Shown one piece after another: positions 57,339 to 64,000 of a DNA stretch of 64,000 nucleotides (within the stretch, counting starts at the first letter, position 1; every line of letters starts with the position of its first letter). The translations under genes were made by a program, and so were the position numbers. Under the pieces are notes generated by a model. It was given only the letters and a program-made list of their open reading frames with translations. It ran no database searches and had not been told where the DNA came from. Source of the DNA: a virus. The stretch spans positions 32,001 through 96,000 of IMG/VR virus record IMGVR_UViG_3300024518_000034; one strand, written 5' to 3'.

Positions 57339-57515
57339 ATGAGGTTATCATCAAGTTTAAAAGGTTATTGCGTGTCTTGTAACGATGAAAAGATATTCGT
57401 TAAGAAGAGAATGCAAACGATGGGTGAGCGTAAAGTAATAAAAGGTAAGTGTGATTGTGGTATGTTAATGATAAAAATAGTAGATGGGCCTGGGGGAAAG
57501 AATGCCAACTTATAG
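57339..57515 (+). CDS. small zinc-ribbon protein (DUF5679-like)
   Basis: Read manually: MRLSSSLKGYCVSC...KGKCDCG; 58 aa. Confidence 0.6.
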   Translation: MRLSSSLKGYCVSCNDEKIFVKKRMQTMGERKVIKGKCDCGMLMIKIVDGPGGKNANL

Positions 57516-58047
57516 ATTTCAGTGTGATTCGTGTGAAGGTTATTATGAAGAAGTATTTCATGGATATGAAGAAAGAGGACCATTTGAGTGCAAATGTGGT
57601 GGTTCTTTGGAAAGAACTATGAAGGGGTGTATTCCAGGTCTTAAGTTTGTTGGTAAAGGTTGGAATGACAAGGATCGTAAAATAGATGAGCATATGGACT
57701 GGGTCGGTCAGGTTATGGCAGAGCCCGTGTGTGCAAGCGAAATAGATGAAGGTAAGGACATGTTGAGAGAGAGGGAGCAGGAGAAGGGGTATCCTGAAGG
57801 TTATTTGACAGGTGACAGACCGCAGGAAACTAAATTGGTAGAAGCAAAAACAGGACAGCAGGTTGATATAAGTAAAATGGTTGACGCGGGCCTAGCTACT
57901 CAGGGTGCTGTGGAAAAGAAAATAGCAGATAGTGTAAAGGCTGGAGATTTGGTAGAGGTAAAGCAGACTAAGCTCCAGGGGGCAGAAAAGATTAAAAAGA
58001 GAGCGAAAGCTCAAGCTGCAGAAAGAAGAAGGACTACGGGGTCATGA
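57502..58047 (+). CDS. FmdB-like zinc-ribbon protein
   Basis: MPTYRFQCDSC...ECKCGG; GGAAAG upstream of ATG57502. Confidence 0.75.
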   Translation: MPTYRFQCDSCEGYYEEVFHGYEERGPFECKCGGSLERTMKGCIPGLKFVGKGWNDKDRKIDEHMDWVGQVMAEPVCASEIDEGKDMLREREQEKGYPEGYLTGDRPQETKLVEAKTGQQVDISKMVDAGLATQGAVEKKIADSVKAGDLVEVKQTKLQGAEKIKKRAKAQAAERRRTTGS

Positions 58048-58307
58048 AAATATTTACAAGAGAAGAATATGAAAAATATGATTTGAAGCATGTACGAGAT
58101 AAATTAGAAGGAACGTGGTCGGACAAGTTTCAAATATGGGATCCGCCTTTGGGATATAGAAAAACGTATGGGGAATATCCAGTTATTAGGTGGGACGAGA
58201 AGAAAAATCTTTATGAGAAAGTTAGAAACTATATTAGAGCGAGAACGTACCGTTTTAAAAGATTAAAAAGATATCTTAAAAAAGTGATGCAAGGGAGAAG
58301 AGAATAA
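58044..58307 (+). CDS. hypothetical protein
   Basis: 87 aa, ATGA-coupled. Confidence 0.55.
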   Translation: MKIFTREEYEKYDLKHVRDKLEGTWSDKFQIWDPPLGYRKTYGEYPVIRWDEKKNLYEKVRNYIRARTYRFKRLKRYLKKVMQGRRE

Positions 58308-58477
58308 TGATAGCATGTTTCGGATTATGCCCAGTCGATTGGGTAATTGCAGGATTGCTGGCTGTAGGGGTCGGTGGCACAACATTGGCAAACTATTTAA
58401 AAGAAAAAAGATGTGGGAAAAAGGAATGTTGCACACATAAAGATGGAGAACATACAAAAGAAGAAGAAACTACTTAA
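58307..58477 (+). CDS. small membrane protein
   Basis: Read manually: TAATG coupling; MIACFGLCPVDWVIAGLLAVGVGG... Confidence 0.55.
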   Translation: MIACFGLCPVDWVIAGLLAVGVGGTTLANYLKEKRCGKKECCTHKDGEHTKEEETT

Positions 58478-59939
58478 ATATAGGCTACATCAATTAACAG
58501 ACGAAGAACTGTGTAGTGATAGTATGGTTAGAAGTGCTGCTGATGAGGAAAATTATCCTGGGTTTGAATTTAGACCGCTAAGAAAAAAGGATTATTTTAG
58601 TCCAGAGAAAGAGATGGAAGTGCCTATGGCTCCTATGGATTTATATAATGAATTAGGAGAAGCGATAACAGAAGAAGAAAGACAGGTAGAACAAGGAGGA
58701 TTTCCTTCTATACCTGAAAAAGAAAGAAACCTTCCTCAAATGAGGGAGGAAAGAAGAGATCTGGAAGATCCAGAAGCTGCAATGCGTGTGTTAGGAGTAT
58801 ATTCTGAAAGATTTGAGGAGATTGCTGATAAGGTTTTTCAAATAAAGCGAGGATTGAAATCTATCACTGACGAGATTGAAAAAAAGAAAGAAGAACATAA
58901 AGCTAATGTTGAAATTGTAAGAACGTTAGCGATACGTGATAAAATATATCACACAATGAACACGGCAATAATACCTATATTTAAAACACATAGGAGAATA
59001 ATATGGGCAGTCCAGCAAGAAATCAAAAGGACAACTAAAGAATCTAGTTGGTATACAACACCTGAAGAGATTGAAGAGTTAAACGCTAAATATCCAAGAA
59101 GAGAACCTTTCAGATATGAAACTACGTCAAAAGGCGTTCGTTTCTTGAGAATGAGAGAGTTTAAGGATAGGTGGGTAGATGATAGAGAAGAAGAAAATAA
59201 AATCTATCAAAACATGGGCAATGCTGTAGCTTCTGCGTGGCAATCCTATGAGAGAGCGCTGAGACTTAAGGGTGAATTTTTGATAAGATATGCACAGCAG
59301 GATAATCTCTTAATGGCCCTAGAGAGTCTCGCAAATGATATGGAAGTTTTGGCGCAAGCAGCTTCGGAATTGGCAGAGCGAGATAGACAGACGGAAATGG
59401 CACTTGGGGCAGAATTGGAGATGCCTAAGGCAGCAAAATTAATTTCCCCAGATAACTTTTCTAAGATAGCTGTTGAAACTTTAGATGAGTTTTTGCAGCC
59501 GCCAATGATGTCAGATTTAGACGAAGAGGAACAAGGAATTCCTCCAGCCCAGCCAATAATGGATGATGGGACTCTAGAGCCTATTCCAGTAGACGATGAT
59601 GAATTTTTAAGACTTAAGTTTCCTGAAAATGATAGGATGCCTGAGTCGATGTGGGCAAAAATTCAATTTGCTGGAGCTAAGAATCTTTTAATAAGTATAA
59701 CTTATACAAAGATCACCCCACCTGAAGAAGGAATGACTAAGTCGTATGTCGTTGAACCATATTCGTTTAGATTGAAGCGACCAAGGCGCACAGGAGGCGG
59801 CTCACAGTATTATTTCTTTGCATATGATACAGAGGATCACCATATTAAAGGTTTTATATACAGGCGTATTCAGAGTATAGAAATATTGCCAGAGAGTTTT
59901 GATCCTAGATGGGAGGTTGAATTTCATTGGGCAGATTAG
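58413..59939 (+). CDS. coiled-coil protein with C-terminal WYL-like domain
   Basis: ITYTK...YVVEPYSFR...FFAYD...IKGFIYRRIQSIEIL; true start possibly ATG58524. Confidence 0.65.
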   Translation: MGKRNVAHIKMENIQKKKKLLKYRLHQLTDEELCSDSMVRSAADEENYPGFEFRPLRKKDYFSPEKEMEVPMAPMDLYNELGEAITEEERQVEQGGFPSIPEKERNLPQMREERRDLEDPEAAMRVLGVYSERFEEIADKVFQIKRGLKSITDEIEKKKEEHKANVEIVRTLAIRDKIYHTMNTAIIPIFKTHRRIIWAVQQEIKRTTKESSWYTTPEEIEELNAKYPRREPFRYETTSKGVRFLRMREFKDRWVDDREEENKIYQNMGNAVASAWQSYERALRLKGEFLIRYAQQDNLLMALESLANDMEVLAQAASELAERDRQTEMALGAELEMPKAAKLISPDNFSKIAVETLDEFLQPPMMSDLDEEEQGIPPAQPIMDDGTLEPIPVDDDEFLRLKFPENDRMPESMWAKIQFAGAKNLLISITYTKITPPEEGMTKSYVVEPYSFRLKRPRRTGGGSQYYFFAYDTEDHHIKGFIYRRIQSIEILPESFDPRWEVEFHWAD

Positions 59940-60451
59940 GTAAGTGTATTTGGTTATATGGGTTGTCAGGATCGGGAAAGTCCACGATTGCAAATGAGCT
60001 TTTGATGAGGTGGGGGCCGTTTCACGTCACTTTATTAGATGGAGATGAAGTGAGAAAAAACTTATCTTATGGGTTAGGATTTTCTAAAGAGGATAGAGAA
60101 AGACACGCACTGAGGGTGGCGTGGGTTGCAGCAGAAATAGTAAGACATGGAGGAACTGCAATAGCTGCTTTAATTACACCTTATGAATCTACTAGAGAAA
60201 AAATAAGAGAAATTGTAGGAAAAGAAAATCTTATTGAAGTTTATGTGGATACTGCCTTAGAGGAGTGTGAAAAGAGAGATCCTAAGGGGTTGTATAAGAA
60301 AGTTAGAGCGGGCGAAATTAAAAATTTTACTGGAATAAGTGATCCTTTTGAGTTTCCAAAAGAAGATCCAGACGTAATTATAGATACTTCAAAATGCTCA
60401 CCAATTGATGCTGTGGGCAAAATATATAAAGTTTTAATGGACAATGAATAG
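59927..60451 (+). CDS. cysC: adenylyl-sulfate (APS) kinase
   Basis: WLYGLSGSGKSTIA, LLDGDEVR, RDPKGLY, FTGISDPFE. Confidence 0.95.
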   Translation: MGRLGKCIWLYGLSGSGKSTIANELLMRWGPFHVTLLDGDEVRKNLSYGLGFSKEDRERHALRVAWVAAEIVRHGGTAIAALITPYESTREKIREIVGKENLIEVYVDTALEECEKRDPKGLYKKVRAGEIKNFTGISDPFEFPKEDPDVIIDTSKCSPIDAVGKIYKVLMDNE

Positions 60452-60770
60452 AAATAAATACATACCAGGCAAGGATTTATCAAATATAGAGAAGATTGCT
60501 ATCAAGTGTTGCAAAGGTAAAACGATAATGGAAATCTACTATATAAAGAAGGGTTATCCGAATGGTAAAAGATACGAAATTGAGCCATATGAGATCAAAA
60601 ATGGCGGCTTGTATGCATTTCACCCAGAGGATAACACTATTAAGAGATTCAATTTAGGTGGTATTGTACAAGTAGGGGAACTTAATAAAAAGTGGGAAGT
60701 AGAAGAAGGCCACGAGAGAGAAAATTTTGAGCTAAAATTAGCTAAAAAAGGAGAAACTGATGAGAGGTAG
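60444..60770 (+). CDS. stand-alone WYL-like domain protein
   Basis: IYY...KRYEIEPYEIK...LYAF...TIKRFNLGGIVQV. Confidence 0.65.
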   Translation: MNRNKYIPGKDLSNIEKIAIKCCKGKTIMEIYYIKKGYPNGKRYEIEPYEIKNGGLYAFHPEDNTIKRFNLGGIVQVGELNKKWEVEEGHERENFELKLAKKGETDER

Positions 60771-61275
60771 ATTGCCAGTAAATAGAAAAAAAATTGATAA
60801 AGTATCAGATATGTACTTTGATAAATATTCACAATTAATTCAAAGTCAGCAGCCCCAGGATATGGATCCACAGATGGGTCAGGCAGATGTAGGCGCGGCA
60901 CAGGGATTGCCAGCCTCACCGCAAGATGGAATGGCTCAAACAATACCCAATATGGTAGACAGGACGCATGATGTTAGGGAAATTGTTAAAAATTATGAAA
61001 GATTGGAAAAGTTAGTTAGCTCTAATTTGAAGATGTGGCAAAAGATGCTGGAAAGTGATGGTCAGGATACGGCAGGTTTTCTAGATGATCCAAATGAGTG
61101 GGACGATAAAAAATGGGGTGAAGCAACTAAGGCTACTGAAAGATTAGTTAAAGATGCAAATAATGCTCTAATGAAGACGGGTGAAACAGGGGCGATAGAG
61201 GGCGGCGAAGTATTAGGGCCTGATCTTGGAGGAGAAGACGAAGAGATTGATTTACTGGGAGAGGAAGCTATATAA
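60760..61275 (+). CDS. hypothetical protein
   Basis: Gln/Pro/Met-rich segment and acidic C-terminus. Confidence 0.6.
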   Translation: MRGRLPVNRKKIDKVSDMYFDKYSQLIQSQQPQDMDPQMGQADVGAAQGLPASPQDGMAQTIPNMVDRTHDVREIVKNYERLEKLVSSNLKMWQKMLESDGQDTAGFLDDPNEWDDKKWGEATKATERLVKDANNALMKTGETGAIEGGEVLGPDLGGEDEEIDLLGEEAI

Positions 61276-61541
61276 TGTTAATAGGGAACTGCGACGTAAG
61301 GAGTGCGAAGGTATCATCGGGGGGACATTGGATATGTCCATTTTGCTGCCAAATGGTAGCAAAAAAGTTTAAAATACATAAGCAGTGCGATGCTGTATTG
61401 GTAGAGCGTGGTAACTTGACTGCTGCATATAGAAAGAGAAGTGACAGTGGAGTGTGGGGCGGAAAAGCTGATAGTTTAACTCATAGTAAAATATTAAGGG
61501 AATTAAGAAGAGCATCGGACAAAGGCGAAAAAATAGAATAG
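61275..61541 (+). CDS. small Cys-rich hypothetical protein
   Basis: WICPFCC...HKQC. Confidence 0.5.
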   Translation: MLIGNCDVRSAKVSSGGHWICPFCCQMVAKKFKIHKQCDAVLVERGNLTAAYRKRSDSGVWGGKADSLTHSKILRELRRASDKGEKIE

Positions 61542-62168
61542 ATGTCTAAAATCTTAGTAAAGAAAAAAAAGAAAGAATCACTTCCAGCGCTGACGCGACA
61601 CCAGAACAAAATAGAGAGATTTAAGTTGGAAGAAATTGTAGTTGATGCGTATGTCAATAAAAGTTGTACGGTTGCTCAGGTAGTTAAGAGATGTCAAGCT
61701 GATCTGACCAAAAGAGGGGTAAACGTAAAGATAAATAAAACTAACGTAAGAAATTACATAAAAAAGATTAGAAATAAGTTGGCAAAACTTGATCAAGATT
61801 TCTTTCAAGATGTAATTCAGGACGCAGGCGTAGTAGACAAGATAAAGAATCTGTCTGCATTGGTTAAAAGTGGGTGGCATAGAAGACAAGCCATAGTTGA
61901 AGACATGGAAGCTTGTTTTGAAAAGGGAGACAGAGACGGTTTTCAAAAGGCTGTTAGGCTAGATCAACAAAATGACGCACTTATGGCTGATATAGTTACA
62001 AAACTAGCTACACTGGAGAGTAAGTTACAAACAACCGTTACTATAGAATTCGTAGCGAGCTTGGCACAAAAAATGACAGATGTTGTGTTGGGTTTTGACG
62101 GCATCGATGGATTGGCCAAAGAACATTTGGTTGTAAAAATGTCTAAAATGATAGACTTTGGTGGCTAA
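61542..62168 (+). CDS. putative terminase small subunit
   Basis: Basic N-terminus, HTH-like segment and helical oligomerisation region; TAATG-coupled to TerL. Confidence 0.55.
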   Translation: MSKILVKKKKKESLPALTRHQNKIERFKLEEIVVDAYVNKSCTVAQVVKRCQADLTKRGVNVKINKTNVRNYIKKIRNKLAKLDQDFFQDVIQDAGVVDKIKNLSALVKSGWHRRQAIVEDMEACFEKGDRDGFQKAVRLDQQNDALMADIVTKLATLESKLQTTVTIEFVASLAQKMTDVVLGFDGIDGLAKEHLVVKMSKMIDFGG

Positions 62169-64000
62169 TGAGAACATTTAGAGAAGAAGCACAACGAATA
62201 CAAGAAGCGATGTTGGACAGAGTGTCTTCTTTGAGAGCAGAACCCAAAAAGAAAATATTAGTTCCAAAAACTGTATGGGAACAATATCCTGTAAGTCCAC
62301 ATGAATTTATAAATGGAAGAGATTTCTTACACGATACCAAAGGTGATATTTGGCCAGCGCTAAGAGCAGACATGGAAACTATCTTTGCTGGTGAAGATAG
62401 CAAGGGGAGAGAAGACTATAGTCCAATTTGCAATGTATTCTTAGATTGTGAAGGGTTGGGGTCTGGTAAGTCAACAAAAGTTGTGCTTTTCATTTGTTAT
62501 ATAACTTATTGGTTGCATTGTTTGAAAGATCCGTATGGGTATTTTGGACTAGGCGACCTAGGGTCAACCATGGCTGTTATGAATATAGCGCCAAAAGAAG
62601 AAAAAGCTAAAAGAATTATTTACAATAGGCTTTTCTCAATGATTCACAGAATTCCTTGGTTCAGGGATATGGGATACATTCCAGATAAGAGATTTAGAAA
62701 CGAACTAAGATTTTATAAAAACAAGCAAACTCTTAGTATGAAAAAGGATGACTTAGATCAGTTTATATCGCCATTTCTAGTCTTAAGACCAGGATCAGGT
62801 AAAATTTCTTCTGCTGTAGGTGAAGATTTGTACGCAGGAATCGTTGACGAAGCTTGCTCTGAGGACGGCTTTGAGTTGATGGATGGAACGGACAGATGTG
62901 AAGACATTTTTGAAGTAATGCATACAAGAAGGAAATCAAGATTTGGCGATAAAGGTATAAACATGTTTATATCGTCTGCCGGTACTGAAGATCGCTGGAT
63001 GGAACGTATGATTCAAGAGGTAGAAGAACATAGAGCTATTCATCAGACTACAGGTGAAATAACTGAAATAGCTGACATGAAGATAATTCATCGTCGCAGA
63101 CCTTCCTATAAAGCAAACCCAAGATACAAAAATAGTAAAACATTCCATTACACAGTTACTAAAGATACTGAAAAAGGAATTCAATTGGTATATGAATTAG
63201 ACATACCAGTTGAATTTAAGAGAGATATGGAGTTGAAGCCTGAGAAAATGTTGAGAGACATTTGCGCTTTACCAACTCTTGCACACAATCCATTCTTTGC
63301 TGAGTGGGCTAGAATTAGAGATAATGTAAACAAGCAGAGGCGAGATCCGCTACCTGATAATGGTAACGAAATGTCATTAGCACCATTATGTAAGAAATGT
63401 TTGGGATTGCATAGAAACGATTCTACACCGTGCGCGTGGGAAATGTTGCCAGGGTGGTTCAAAGGAGAAAAGGGAGTACATTACTACGTTCATATCGACC
63501 TAGGAACGGGTGGCACAAAAAAATCAAAACGAGATGGTGCAGGTCTTGCAATCGCGCATCGTGGTCCAGATGTAGAATATAATGGAACTATGTTACCAAG
63601 CGTTGTTGTTGATCTGGCTGTTAGATTTAAAGCATCTAAGAAAAAGATGACAATTAGAAAACAAGACGGTGGTAAAACATCATCTTCTAAGAGAGTAGAA
63701 GAAATAGATATAGCTTCAGTTAGAGAGTTTATACTAAAGTTAGATAGAGAAAGAGGATTTAAGTTCGCAAAAATAACATATGATGGTTTCCAGAGTCTTG
63801 AAACACTGCAAACGTTCCAAAAATTAGGGTACTTAGCAGAAAGGGTTTCGTGTACAAAAGATTCTTGGGACAACTTAAGAACTTTATGGTACGACGGAAG
63901 AGTTGACATATTTCAGGATAACTGGCTATTGTATGAGATGAGTAAGTTGGAAGACAAGGGAGCCAAAGTAGATCACGCTGTTGGAGCTTCAGACGATGAA
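62168..64000 (+). CDS. terminase large subunit (3'-truncated by the window edge)
   Basis: Open from ATG62168 to the end (611 codons; absent from the ORF track); EGLGSGKST Walker A, AGIVDEA Walker B, nuclease motifs VHIDLG, YDGFQS and KVDHAVGASDD. Confidence 0.9.
   Translation, partial: MRTFREEAQRIQEAMLDRVSSLRAEPKKKILVPKTVWEQYPVSPHEFINGRDFLHDTKGDIWPALRADMETIFAGEDSKGREDYSPICNVFLDCEGLGSGKSTKVVLFICYITYWLHCLKDPYGYFGLGDLGSTMAVMNIAPKEEKAKRIIYNRLFSMIHRIPWFRDMGYIPDKRFRNELRFYKNKQTLSMKKDDLDQFISPFLVLRPGSGKISSAVGEDLYAGIVDEACSEDGFELMDGTDRCEDIFEVMHTRRKSRFGDKGINMFISSAGTEDRWMERMIQEVEEHRAIHQTTGEITEIADMKIIHRRRPSYKANPRYKNSKTFHYTVTKDTEKGIQLVYELDIPVEFKRDMELKPEKMLRDICALPTLAHNPFFAEWARIRDNVNKQRRDPLPDNGNEMSLAPLCKKCLGLHRNDSTPCAWEMLPGWFKGEKGVHYYVHIDLGTGGTKKSKRDGAGLAIAHRGPDVEYNGTMLPSVVVDLAVRFKASKKKMTIRKQDGGKTSSSKRVEEIDIASVREFILKLDRERGFKFAKITYDGFQSLETLQTFQKLGYLAERVSCTKDSWDNLRTLWYDGRVDIFQDNWLLYEMSKLEDKGAKVDHAVGASDDE

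Noticed and set aside
705-63909. Numerous minus-strand ORFs in the track
   Set aside because: All are antisense shadows of well-supported + strand genes and carry no recognisable motifs
1-64000. tRNA, rRNA, CRISPR array, integrase or stop-codon reassignment
   Set aside because: Intergenic gaps are too short, no such patterns were seen, and long genes read through cleanly in the standard code with all three stops used

Overview
This window looks like a segment of a large tailed dsDNA bacteriophage genome. It is AT-rich, almost fully coding, and every credible gene is on the + strand, mostly with overlapping or abutting stop/start codons. Layout from 5' to 3': (1) 0-6 kb, small accessory genes (nucleotidyltransferase, metallophosphoesterase, DUF2061, SEC-C, DUF4406/DUF6378 fusion, an internally deleted LAGLIDADG remnant); (2) 6-24 kb, tail module (putative chaperones, tape measure, two very large hub/baseplate proteins, a paralogous pair of fibre-like proteins); (3) 24-42.5 kb, a bacterial-style replication/recombination module (SNF2 helicase, DnaC-like loader, DnaB, primase, DnaE, SSB, RecA, HNH, SbcD, RuvC-like, SbcC) with two sigma70-like promoters; (4) 42.7-56.3 kb, a cluster of seven glycosyltransferase genes that encloses a type II glutamine synthetase, HNH, methyltransferase, isocitrate lyase, CitE/malate-synthase-fold lyase, MazG and a WGR protein; (5) 56.7-64 kb, sigma factor, zinc-ribbon proteins, a WYL / APS kinase / WYL cassette, and terminase small and large subunits (TerL runs off the window). 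The best candidate for a little-described system is a phage-encoded glyoxylate-shunt-like pair (isocitrate lyase plus CitE-fold lyase) with glutamine synthetase inside the glycosylation island. All family calls come from motif recognition by eye; no database searches were run. No tRNA, rRNA, CRISPR array or integrase was seen.
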